Positions 46,490-54,968 of a DNA stretch of 59,756 nucleotides are shown piece after piece. Both the position numbers and the translations under genes were made by a program. The notes under the pieces were generated by a model. That model did not search any database and was not told where the DNA came from. It was given only the letters and a program-made list of their open reading frames with translations. Source of the DNA: a candidate division FCPU426 bacterium (lineage in GTDB: Bacteria > Oederibacteriota > Muellerivitia > Muellerivitales > Muellerivitaceae); NCBI GenBank assembly GCA_963849245.1, contig CAWKIY010000056.1, forward strand, positions 1 to 59,756. The letters run 5' to 3'. How positions within the stretch are numbered: position 1 is the first letter of the stretch; each line of letters begins with the position of its first letter.

Positions 46490-48487
46490 TCAAGCCGCCG
46501 CGTCCGTTTTCTTGACGCCCCAAAGAACAAACACAAGGACCGAAGCCAAAAAGGTGAATACGGCCGCGCCATAAAGGATTGAAATCACCGTCTGGTACAC
46601 ATTCAACTCCTCCGGCCATTTAACTTCGAAAAGAAACTTACCCTGCCGCTTTTCCATCCGGTAATAAAGGCTGACAGGCTCGTCCGCGCTGTGAAGCGGA
46701 CCGGCTTGGGTCCCGAGCTCCCTGACTTTCAAGATGATTTCGGGATCGTGGGGAATGTTCGCTTGAGCCATGGCTTCCGGGTAGGGGATTTTCACTTCAC
46801 TCCAATAGTAATTTTTCCCGTTTTTTTGACTGGTATGCACTTCCTTAATCGTGCCCGGAACCATCACCGCCTTTTCGATAAACTGGTCGTTGGTCGATCC
46901 AATTTTAAAAGCCGCGAAGAAACAATTGACCGCCAGGACCATCAGAATGCCGCTCCAGGTCCAAACTCCTTTTTTTCCTTTCTTGGGTTCCGAATCGGCC
47001 AAGGAATCTCCCGCTTTTTCACTTTCGGAAACCCGGGGCGGAAAACCGGGAACCTTTTCCGCCGAAACCGCGGTCGTTTTTAAGGCTTCCCCTAAACGAA
47101 TCCAATCATCGAACAAACCCAGTTTCGCCAGCCTTTCCCCCGCCTTTTGGTGAAGGAACCCCAACTCATCCTGCCGGTGTGTGCCAAGCCAGGCCCGGGA
47201 TAAAACCGAGAGGGCACGGACCGTTTGGTTCTCATCCCCTGTCTCCGCCAGCGAACGGAAATAAGGCACCGCGTCATTCGGCTCAACCCGGAGGCAGACC
47301 TCCCCCGCGGCTTCCAACTGAGAGGGGCCCATGTCTCCCAAGGGAACCAGCTTCTCCAACTCTTTAAGGGTTTCATAAGCCATGGAATACATTCCCCGTC
47401 CTGAAAAGCCCGTGAAGTTTTCCTTTAACAATTTCACTCTCTCGATCGGATTGGAAGTCAAAACCGCCTGGGCAATCCCACCCTTTTCCTCGTGCGCCTT
47501 TAAAAGAAATGGGATTTTCTCGGGAAAATCTTGGTCGGTAAAAAATTTCATCAAGTTCTCGTAAAGGCGCGCGCCTTCGGAGTAATTTTCCGCCTGAAGA
47601 TACAGCTCCAAGGCCTTTTGAAAACATTCCAAGGACTCGGCTCGGATTTCACCCAGGTCGGCCTTCCCCGGCTTGTTCTGGTTCCAATAGGAAAACCCCA
47701 GCTTCTCCCAAGCCAAGGCGTTGCCCGGCTGTAATTGGACGACCCGCTGAAAATCCCCGACCGCGTCGCGGTAAAGACCCGCCTTCAAAAACTCAGTTCC
47801 CTCATCCATCTTGATTTCCGTATCGCCTTCTTTTTTCAACTTGAGCAGGGGGGCGATGGCCATGGCGCCCAAGAACCCGCCGAGATGGGCCAAATGATCT
47901 ACATGGTCCCGAGAAAGAAGGCCGAGCAAATTGCTCGCGACCTCATAGGCGCAAAAAACCCAAAGGGGAATATTGAGCACGAGCGGCCTCACGAAGAGGA
48001 TCAAAAAGAGGCGGACCTTGGCCTTATAAAAGCGCACAATGGTCAACCCCATGATGCCCATGATGGCGCCCGAAGCCCCAATGGTACTTCCCTGGTTAAC
48101 CACGGCAGGATGATTACTCTCCGCCAAAAATAGCGTCAACAACCCCAAATGAAGCGCGGTAGCGGTGAATCCGCAAAAAAGATAAAGCAGGAAGAATTTA
48201 ATCGAACCCAGCCGGTCTTCCAGGATGGACCCGAAAATCCAAAGGAAAATCATGTTCCCGAACCAATGCATATAACCCGAGTGGGAAAAAATGGACATGA
48301 GCCAATCCCCGAAATCGGGATCCTCAAAATGAAAACTCATCGATTTTTGACGGAAGTCCGGGTCCACCCACTGGTTGGCGATGGCGATATCCACCCCGAC
48401 ATGTAAAAGAAAAGTTCCCACGATAATGGCCGTGACGGCCTTGGGAATACCGCGCTTGAGGCGGACATCAGTGGTCAAGGGAAGCAT
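46490..48487 (-). CDS. Rhomboid intramembrane serine protease fused to TPR repeats and a DUF3592-like C-terminal module
   Basis: GASGAIMG (Ser) and HLAHLGG (His) in the N-terminal 6-TM core. Central TPR-like repeats. The C-terminus is TM - beta-rich segment - TM, as in DUF3592. Confidence 0.75.
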   Translation of the reverse strand: MLPLTTDVRLKRGIPKAVTAIIVGTFLLHVGVDIAIANQWVDPDFRQKSMSFHFEDPDFGDWLMSIFSHSGYMHWFGNMIFLWIFGSILEDRLGSIKFFLLYLFCGFTATALHLGLLTLFLAESNHPAVVNQGSTIGASGAIMGIMGLTIVRFYKAKVRLFLILFVRPLVLNIPLWVFCAYEVASNLLGLLSRDHVDHLAHLGGFLGAMAIAPLLKLKKEGDTEIKMDEGTEFLKAGLYRDAVGDFQRVVQLQPGNALAWEKLGFSYWNQNKPGKADLGEIRAESLECFQKALELYLQAENYSEGARLYENLMKFFTDQDFPEKIPFLLKAHEEKGGIAQAVLTSNPIERVKLLKENFTGFSGRGMYSMAYETLKELEKLVPLGDMGPSQLEAAGEVCLRVEPNDAVPYFRSLAETGDENQTVRALSVLSRAWLGTHRQDELGFLHQKAGERLAKLGLFDDWIRLGEALKTTAVSAEKVPGFPPRVSESEKAGDSLADSEPKKGKKGVWTWSGILMVLAVNCFFAAFKIGSTNDQFIEKAVMVPGTIKEVHTSQKNGKNYYWSEVKIPYPEAMAQANIPHDPEIILKVRELGTQAGPLHSADEPVSLYYRMEKRQGKFLFEVKWPEELNVYQTVISILYGAAVFTFLASVLVFVLWGVKKTDAAA

Positions 48488-48721
48488 ACAGTTCCTTTAA
48501 TACTGGGCTTTTAACGCTGAAATAAAACGGCATTCGAAAAGATGAAAGAGGGCTTCAAATAATACCGCTATTTTACCTAATAAAAGTCCATTTTGAAAAA
48601 GCGATTATGACCACAGGAGCGTCTCGGGGCTTATAAAAAACGTTTCAGCGATTTTTTCGCAGCTCTTTGCGACCAGATTCAAAAATCTTGAAATTCAGGG
48701 CGAAGGCTGAAAGAATCCTTT

Positions 48722-49483
48722 ATGCTCCTCCAACGGTTAAAACCCTGGCCGGTCCTGGCCGATGTCATTGAGGAATTGTTCATCAGCGGCGGCTCCGGCG
48801 CCGCTTACGCGGTGGTACCCGCCCCCCAATTCGTCATGGGCTTTCAACTGGAAGGCCGCTTAAAAACCCTCAGTCCAAGCGGAGAAAAAAACCTCACACC
48901 CAGTGGCGTCACAGGCCTTCAAACCCAAAGTCGCCTTTATCAAAGCGTCGGAAAAACCCGGTCCATTCTGGTGCGGTTCAAACCCTGGGGGCCCTCCTGC
49001 TTTTTTCCCGGCCCCATGGGCGAGTTGATGAATGAAAGTGTCAGTTTAAAAGAATTATGGAACCCTCAGGACGTCAGCGATTTGGAAGAAAAGCTCTATG
49101 AGTCCAAACCCCTGCCAGCGGCAGTCATCCTGCAGACCTTTTTGGTGAAACAACGCCGGTTTCAAACCATCGACCCCTTGGCGCTCAACGCCGCCCAGCG
49201 CTTAATGCTCAAGGCCGGCAATCTGCTGATCAGCCGGATAGCGAGGGAACTTGCCGCCACCGAACGGCAGTTGGAGAGGCGGTTCCAGCAATGGATCGGT
49301 ACCAGCCCCAAACGCTTCGCCGCGCTATTGCGCTTTCAAAAAAGCCTGGAGCTCCTGAAAAGCGGAAAGACCGGGGTGGAAGTTGCCTACGAATGCGGCT
49401 ATTTCGACCAGGCCCATTTCATTCAGGAATTTAAAAACTTTACCGGAGTCTCCCCTCAGAAGTACAAACTCGACCTGATTTGA
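48722..49483 (+). CDS. AraC-family transcriptional regulator
   Basis: C-terminal double HTH (ISRIARELAATERQLERRFQQWIGTSPKRF ... GYFDQAHFIQEFKNFTGVSP). Confidence 0.8.
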   Translation: MLLQRLKPWPVLADVIEELFISGGSGAAYAVVPAPQFVMGFQLEGRLKTLSPSGEKNLTPSGVTGLQTQSRLYQSVGKTRSILVRFKPWGPSCFFPGPMGELMNESVSLKELWNPQDVSDLEEKLYESKPLPAAVILQTFLVKQRRFQTIDPLALNAAQRLMLKAGNLLISRIARELAATERQLERRFQQWIGTSPKRFAALLRFQKSLELLKSGKTGVEVAYECGYFDQAHFIQEFKNFTGVSPQKYKLDLI

Positions 49484-49530
49484 TAACCTTCCGATTCTTC
49501 AAGAATCAATAATCTCCCCACTTTGAAAAA

Positions 49531-49589
49531 GGGGGGCAGGGGGGATTTAGCTTATGAACCAAATGGCAAAACCCCTCAATCCCCTTTTT
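49531..49589 (+). terminator. Possible terminator after the AraC gene
   Basis: G-rich GGGGGGCAGGGGGGATT can pair with CCCCTCAATCCCC and is followed by TTTTT. The loop is large. Confidence 0.4.
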
Positions 49590-49747
49590 CCATGCTGTTT
49601 CTCTATTCAGTTTAATGCTGAAAACTGAATTGTGCTTTAGCACAATGTGGGAAGTAGCATCCAATAAAATTCCCGATTGTCGGATTTTTCCAATATCTCT
49701 TTCCCCTCCCCGCTTATCCTGAACCTATCAAATTTTAGGAGGCATTT

Positions 49748-50422
49748 ATGCAGACATCCGAACGAATTGAGATTTTCATTAACGTCCACAAGGGGCTCCG
49801 CCAGTCGCTCTTCGGGCTGGGACTTAAGCTGGGAAAAGCCGATTGGGAAGATTCCGCCGAGGTTCAGGCCCTGGGAAGTGAATTCGGTCAACTGCTCCAC
49901 TTTTTAAGGGAGCACGCGGCCAATGAGGATGATTTCAACTTTCCTTTGTTGGAAAGCCGCGCGGCGGGAGCGGCCCAGGCTGAAAAAGAGGAGCATCACC
50001 GGCTGGAAGGACAAATCAACCGCCTGGAGTCCGACTTTGCCGCCTTGGTGAAAGCGAAACCGGAGGACCGCTGGAAAAGCGGCTACGCCTTTTACCGGGC
50101 CTTTAACCTTTTCCTCTCCGCCTACCTGGCCCACATGGACCGGGAAGAGGGCTTTATCACCGAGACCCTTTACCAGCACTTTACCGACGAGGAAATCGCC
50201 AAGGATTTTCAAAAGATCATCCAGCGCACCAGCCCCGCGGACATGGGCATGATGCTCAGCCACATGATTCCCAGCATGAACCCGGTGGAACGCTTCCAAT
50301 TTCTCGCCAAACTCAGAAAAACCACCCCCGCCCCGGTCTTCGAAAAGGTAAGCGGCTTGGCCCAAGGTGTTTTGGCCGAATCGGATTGGAAAAAGCTGTC
50401 GCAAAAGCTGGAGTTGGTTTAG
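49748..50422 (+). CDS. Hemerythrin-like (HHE cation-binding) domain protein
   Basis: Four helix-type H/E motifs (NVHKGLR, LREHAANED, EEHHRLE, LAHMDREE). AGGAGG lies 5 nt before the ATG. Confidence 0.5.
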   Translation: MQTSERIEIFINVHKGLRQSLFGLGLKLGKADWEDSAEVQALGSEFGQLLHFLREHAANEDDFNFPLLESRAAGAAQAEKEEHHRLEGQINRLESDFAALVKAKPEDRWKSGYAFYRAFNLFLSAYLAHMDREEGFITETLYQHFTDEEIAKDFQKIIQRTSPADMGMMLSHMIPSMNPVERFQFLAKLRKTTPAPVFEKVSGLAQGVLAESDWKKLSQKLELV

Positions 50423-50506
50423 GAGGTCCCCCCCAAAAAAAGAGAATCCGGTCGACCTAATCCTCGATTTAAAAGAGATTAGGTTGGCCTGATCTCTTTT
50501 GCCCAA

Positions 50507-50542
50507 GAATCAAAACGAGAACGAAAATAATCGTTTTGATTC
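50507..50542 (+). repeat. Perfect 12-bp-stem hairpin, copy A of the shared ATCAAAAYGA/TCGTTTTGAT element
   Basis: gaatcaaaacga - 12 nt - tcgttttgattc, followed by a C-rich tail (ttcccc ... ttttccc ... aaa.c.cat). Confidence 0.55.
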
Positions 50543-50592
50543 ACAATTTCCCCGCGCCAATCCTTTTCCCCGCCTAAACCCATTTTAAAACC

Positions 50593-50617
50593 GTTTTTTT
50601 CCTCACCGTGCGGGTAC
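50593..50617 (+). promoter_or_regulatory. Candidate sigma-B-type promoter upstream of the sORF-csbD pair
   Basis: GTTTTT-N13-GGGTAC resembles the Bacillus-type GTTTAA-N12-15-GGGTAT consensus. It lies about 65 nt upstream of the sORF ATG. Whether this organism has a sigma-B-type factor is unknown. Confidence 0.25.
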
Positions 50618-50682
50618 GCAACTTGCTCTAACTTACTGGTGAATAAGTGAAAATCGGTTTCAAAACAAAAAAGGAGGTCCTT

Positions 50683-50748
50683 ATGTATATCGGAGGCGGA
50701 ATAGGCTTAGTACTGTTGATCGTTGTCATTGTTTTAATTCTTCGTTAA
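50683..50748 (+). CDS. 21-aa hydrophobic peptide (MYIGGGIGLVLLIVVIVLILR)
   Basis: AAGGAGG lies 6 nt before the ATG. Single TM helix ending in Arg, resembling the GGxGLVLLI..I.LLLGR unit of DUF3309-type stress peptides. Below the ORF-track size cutoff. Confidence 0.45.
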   Translation: MYIGGGIGLVLLIVVIVLILR

Positions 50749-50865
50749 AAAAGTTGTGTTGATAAGTCCATTTCCATTTTGATCTTTTCAAATGAAAACA
50801 GGACTCGCCCATCGGTTTGTGAACCTCAGTTTTTCAAAAAAACGGCTTCAAAAGCCCAAAAGGAA

Positions 50866-51084
50866 ATGACCATGAACTATAACAGCGACAATTTGAAGGG
50901 GTCGGTCAATAGCTCCGTCGGAAGCCTCAAAGAAGGCGTTGGGAAAGCCACCGGCAACCAGGATTTGGAAGCCGAAGGTTCTGTTCAAAAAACAAAGGGC
51001 AAAGCCCAGAAATTAAGCGGCGCTATTAAGGATACGATCAAAAAAGGCAAGGACCTGTTGGGGATAAAATCGGATAAGCCATAA
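50866..51084 (+). CDS. CsbD-family general stress protein
   Basis: GKATGNQDLEAEGSVQKTKGKAQKLSGAIKD is typical of CsbD. The ATG at 50866 follows AAAAGGAA. Confidence 0.85.
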   Translation: MTMNYNSDNLKGSVNSSVGSLKEGVGKATGNQDLEAEGSVQKTKGKAQKLSGAIKDTIKKGKDLLGIKSDKP

Positions 51085-51150
51085 CCAAAGGCGCCTATAG
51101 CCGGCTCCTTTACCTCACTATTGCTCCGAGTGATTTTTGAGCGAAACTAA

Positions 51151-51186
51151 AAAAGGGAAGCCCCAAGCGGGATTTCCCTTTTTTAG
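51151..51186 (+). terminator. Rho-independent terminator after csbD
   Basis: aagggaagcccc ... gggatttccctt stem followed by TTTT. Confidence 0.7.
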
Positions 51187-51579
51187 TTTCAGCTCCTAAA
51201 AGTTATCGTGTTTCCCAAATGAGACTTAAGGTTATGAGTCGTTTCCTCATCCAGTAAACGGGCCTTAGGGACAGATTTGGGCGTAAAAGCTGTACTGGTA
51301 ACCGGTGGTGAACTCAGGACTCGTCGGGGCGTTCGCCAGGCTTCCATTATTGGGGAAGCCCAGGCCATTGTTCGTTCGAAGGACCGAGGAATCTTGCCCA
51401 AAGTAGTTCCCGGCGTCGGTGTTCCAAAGGCACAGGGCGTAAGTCACCTCCACGCTCCTTGGCGAAGACAGGAGCTTCAGCGCAGGTAGATGGCCCGACC
51501 CCTTTATTTCACTAAATTCCTTACGCTATTTACCCTCAATCAATCATAGGCCAACCAGATCCAATATCAAAACAACCGA

Positions 51580-51610
51580 ATCAAAATGATCGATGCCCAT
51601 TCGTTTTGAT
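51580..51610 (+). repeat. Hairpin copy B of the shared element, upstream of the ice-binding-like gene
   Basis: atcaaaatga - 11 nt - tcgttttgat (10 bp with one G-U pair), followed by cttcccc ttttccc aaatcat, matching the tail of copy A. Confidence 0.5.
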
Positions 51611-51718
51611 CTTCCCCTTTTCCCAAATCATGGATTTTTGAGGGGATTGGAACGGCTCAATTCTTGCTTTCTTTTAAACTCACTTATCGATCACTCGCTT
51701 CCAAAGAAAAGAGCCGCC

Positions 51719-52561
51719 ATGATTTCAAATATCAAGAAGCTGTCTCAAATCGTTAACAAGAAATTTATTTTGACGGCGCTTATGACGCTTTCCTTAGTTA
51801 GTCCTGTCCTATTCCTGGCAGGCGGCTGCGGCACCTGGGATAAAACCGTCACCGGCCCCAACGCCGCGATGACGACCACGCCCATTATCGGGTACAACTG
51901 CACCAATCCGGGGCCCGTCAATCTGAATACAGCGGGCACTTACACGATCCTGGCGGCTACGGGGATCACCGATGTGGCTTCCTCGGCGGTCACGGGAAAT
52001 GTCGGAAACCCCGCTGGCGCCCAGGTCGGGCTCTCCTGCGCGGAATTGAACGGGACTGTTTATTGCAATACTAAACTCGGCGCCGACCAAGACTTCGCCT
52101 GTGAAAGCACCGTTAACAACATCACGACCGCCAACACCGACTCGCTGAACGCCTTCAATACCGCGACCGGATTGCCGGCTTGTATCCTCAACCTTAATGG
52201 CGGCATCTTGAGCGGCATCACCCTGGCCAGCGGCACTTATAAATGGACCAGCGCCGTCACCATCCCTACGGATATCTATCTCAACGCGCAAGGCAACGCG
52301 GGCGCCTGCTGGGTCTTCCAAATCGCCGGCACCCTCACCACGTCCTCCGGCGTGGTCATCCATCTCGAAAACGGAGCCTTGGCGCAGAACGTCTTCTGGG
52401 CGGTCGCCGGCGCCAACGCCACCCTCGGGACAACCTCCCAATTTGTCGGAGTGCTCATGACCTCCGGCATAATCGCCGTCAATACGGGCGCGTCGGTAAA
52501 CGGAAGACTGCTCGCTCAAACCCAGGTCACTTTGCAATCAAACGTTATAAACCATCCCTAA
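51719..52561 (+). CDS. DUF3494 ice-binding-like family lipoprotein
   Basis: Lipobox LAGGC. AGTYTILAATGITDVASSAVTGNVGNPAGA and later Thr/Gly/Ala-rich beta-solenoid repeats are typical of DUF3494. The ATG at 51719 was chosen over the listed 51593. Confidence 0.7.
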   Translation: MISNIKKLSQIVNKKFILTALMTLSLVSPVLFLAGGCGTWDKTVTGPNAAMTTTPIIGYNCTNPGPVNLNTAGTYTILAATGITDVASSAVTGNVGNPAGAQVGLSCAELNGTVYCNTKLGADQDFACESTVNNITTANTDSLNAFNTATGLPACILNLNGGILSGITLASGTYKWTSAVTIPTDIYLNAQGNAGACWVFQIAGTLTTSSGVVIHLENGALAQNVFWAVAGANATLGTTSQFVGVLMTSGIIAVNTGASVNGRLLAQTQVTLQSNVINHP

Positions 52562-52649
52562 GACGGGGATGAAGTCAGCAGTCAGGGGGCGGGTCAAACC
52601 GCCCTCTCCAAGTCGAAAGCTAAAAAAGACAAAAGAAAAGAGGATTAGA

Positions 52650-53747
52650 ATGAAGAAAATAGTATCGGGGACTTCAGCCTTAACCATCAGAAATATGATG
52701 TTGTTCGCTTTTTTTCTTGTCCTACCCCTATCCGTCCACGCGGCCGTCAATGAAACAGGCGTGGTGGAGTTAAGCCCCTTCCTGGGCTATAACTTTTTCC
52801 AGCCCCCCCAAAACCTGAACAGCAGCTTCCTCTATGGCGCCAGGGCCAGCTACAACTTCAGCCGGGTTTTCGGCCTGGAAGGCACCCTGCAATTCGCTAA
52901 TACCAGCGTTTATGACGAAACCATCACCGGCAGCCAGGAAGGCCAGTTCCGCTACCCCATCCGCAACGTGAACATCTTTTTTTACAACATCGACGCGGTC
53001 TTTACCCTTTTACAGGTCGACGATTTTAACTTTTTCGTTCTCGGCGGTTTCGGCGCCGTCAACTACAACCCGTCTATCGAAACCGCCGACATGACCACTT
53101 TCGAACTGGGCATTGGCGCCAAATACTGGTTCTCGAACGATTTCGGCCTGCGTCTTGACGTCCGGGACGATATGGTCTCCGAGGTCTTCTATGAAAACCT
53201 GGTTTTGGCCAATTCCTATCACAACATCAACACCACCGCCGGGGTTGTTTTCGCCTTCGGGGGAGAAGCGAAAAAGAAGGAAGCCGCCAGGGAAGCCGCC
53301 GCGGAAGTCATCTATGTGGCCGAGGAAAAAAGGATGCAGGAGCGCTTAGAGCGCATCGGGGCCCAGCCGACGGAGGAGGATAAGACGTTCATCCTCGCCT
53401 TTGAGGACGTTCATTTCCAATATGACAAGTCGACCCTTACCCCAGAAGCGAAAGAGGTCATTAAAACCACTATCCTGAAAATGAAAGTTAATCCTAAGAA
53501 CCATATCCGCATCGCGGGCTATACCTCCGCCGCCGGCACGGATGACTACAACATGAAATTAAGTCAAAGAAGGGCGAAAGTCGTCGAGGATTACCTGGTC
53601 GAGGAAGGGCTTGTCACTCAAGACCGGCTATCCACCATCGGCTATGGCGATACGAGGCCGGAAATGCATGAAGCCGCTCCCAGCCATCATTACTCCACCG
53701 CGGCCAAGGCCAACATGAGGGTTCTTTTTGAGGTTGTCGTGAAGTAA
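52650..53747 (+). CDS. OmpA-family outer-membrane protein (beta-barrel plus OmpA-C peptidoglycan-binding domain)
   Basis: Signal peptide ending VHA, then N-terminal barrel strands. The C-terminal GYTSAAGTDDYNMKLSQRRAKVVEDYL is the OmpA-C motif. Confidence 0.85.
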   Translation: MKKIVSGTSALTIRNMMLFAFFLVLPLSVHAAVNETGVVELSPFLGYNFFQPPQNLNSSFLYGARASYNFSRVFGLEGTLQFANTSVYDETITGSQEGQFRYPIRNVNIFFYNIDAVFTLLQVDDFNFFVLGGFGAVNYNPSIETADMTTFELGIGAKYWFSNDFGLRLDVRDDMVSEVFYENLVLANSYHNINTTAGVVFAFGGEAKKKEAAREAAAEVIYVAEEKRMQERLERIGAQPTEEDKTFILAFEDVHFQYDKSTLTPEAKEVIKTTILKMKVNPKNHIRIAGYTSAAGTDDYNMKLSQRRAKVVEDYLVEEGLVTQDRLSTIGYGDTRPEMHEAAPSHHYSTAAKANMRVLFEVVVK

Positions 53748-53776
53748 AGCTCAACAAAATTGCCAAAGCTTGAATA

Positions 53777-53805
53777 AAGGGGTCGGGCGACCCCTTTATT
53801 TCTTT
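53777..53805 (+). terminator. Rho-independent terminator after ompA-like gene
   Basis: aaaggggtc ggg gacccctt stem followed by tatttcttt. Confidence 0.7.
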
Positions 53806-53810
53806 CAATT

Positions 53811-53841
53811 GTCCAATCCGGGTCCCCGCCGTGGACAGCTT
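53811..53841 (+). repeat. 31-nt direct repeat, copy 1
   Basis: gtccaatccgggtccccgccgtggacagctt is identical at 30 of 31 positions to 57564..57594. Contains a GTCCA...TGGAC inverted pair. Confidence 0.8.
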
Positions 53842-53854
53842 ATTGCAAAATTAA

Positions 53855-54286
53855 TCAAAGGCCCCCGTTCAACACCCGCCAGGTATCCAGAGAATCCATA
53901 TAATCTCTCCAATGGACGATCTTTCTGTTCTTGATCGTAATGACCGAAATGAATCTATTATCGTAAGAAAGACCGTTCGAGAGAATCTTGCCGTGTATTT
54001 CATATTCGAGAATTACAACATGACCGCCTTGAACAGGGTGCACCACTAATCCGTCAGCGGAATGAAGTTTGATATTGTCGCCATAGCCGGAGAACTGAGC
54101 CATATATTTAGCTCGTCCCCGGATCGTCGGGGGCAAACCCGGAAAGCGGTAAAGAAACTCGAAAGTAGCATCCTCTGCAATTGTGTCAAAAAAGTGTTCG
54201 CCATCAACTAGACCCTTTAGTCCTTTTTGGATAATTTTAAAAAATGGATCGAGTGCTTTGAAGTTTGCGTATTCGATTTTTGTCAT
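53855..54286 (-). CDS. NTF2/SnoaL-like fold protein
   Basis: About 140 aa with the typical DATFEF...G...VILEYE...RFISVITIKNRKIVHWRDY layout. Confidence 0.65.
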   Translation of the reverse strand: MTKIEYANFKALDPFFKIIQKGLKGLVDGEHFFDTIAEDATFEFLYRFPGLPPTIRGRAKYMAQFSGYGDNIKLHSADGLVVHPVQGGHVVILEYEIHGKILSNGLSYDNRFISVITIKNRKIVHWRDYMDSLDTWRVLNGGL

Positions 54287-54313
54287 AAAATCTCCCAGGT
54301 TTAATTTAGCTTT

Positions 54314-54964
54314 TCATTTTACCAGTCCAAAATGACAAATGGACCGATTGTCGAATATCGTTGTTTCGCTTCCGTTCTTGGCAACACTAATGAGGCAACC
54401 TGCCAGAGTCGCAACATCTACACTTATCTGGTCAGAAAACCGGTCCAGAACCCAGACAATAGGTTGAACCAGGGTGGGAACTAATGGTCTTTTCTGTCCA
54501 GAAGAAGGTTTTATAAAGGCGGGTCGAAAATTAAAAACATGGGGGCTCATTTTCGACAACTGTTTTTCAGTACGGCCTTTAATTTTTCCATAGAAGACAC
54601 TGGTCTTTTCTTCCCAATCCGCCCGCGAACCGCTTATAAAACAAAACTTCATATTCGGATTGACCGAAAACATAACTTTGGCGGCCTCAATCGTGTAGTC
54701 GAATGTAATCTTAATGTACTCTTCCCTGCTGACCTCGGTTTGAGATACTCCCAAGCACCAAATACAAGCGTCCGCATTCAAATCATCTTTGTATTTTGAA
54801 TAATCCAAAAAATCTTCAACAACCAGCTCTTTCAACTTTGGATGACTCATACCAACTGGCCTACGGGTTAAAACCGCAATCGCTTCAATTGCAGGATCAC
54901 CAAGTAATTGACTTAATACTTCACTCCCCACAAACCCCGTAGCGCCGGTCAGTACGATCTTCAT
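54314..54964 (-). CDS. NAD(P)H-binding (atypical SDR/NmrA-like) protein
   Basis: MKIVLTGATGFVGSEV Rossmann motif. Confidence 0.75.
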   Translation of the reverse strand: MKIVLTGATGFVGSEVLSQLLGDPAIEAIAVLTRRPVGMSHPKLKELVVEDFLDYSKYKDDLNADACIWCLGVSQTEVSREEYIKITFDYTIEAAKVMFSVNPNMKFCFISGSRADWEEKTSVFYGKIKGRTEKQLSKMSPHVFNFRPAFIKPSSGQKRPLVPTLVQPIVWVLDRFSDQISVDVATLAGCLISVAKNGSETTIFDNRSICHFGLVK

Positions 54965-54968
54965 GGCC

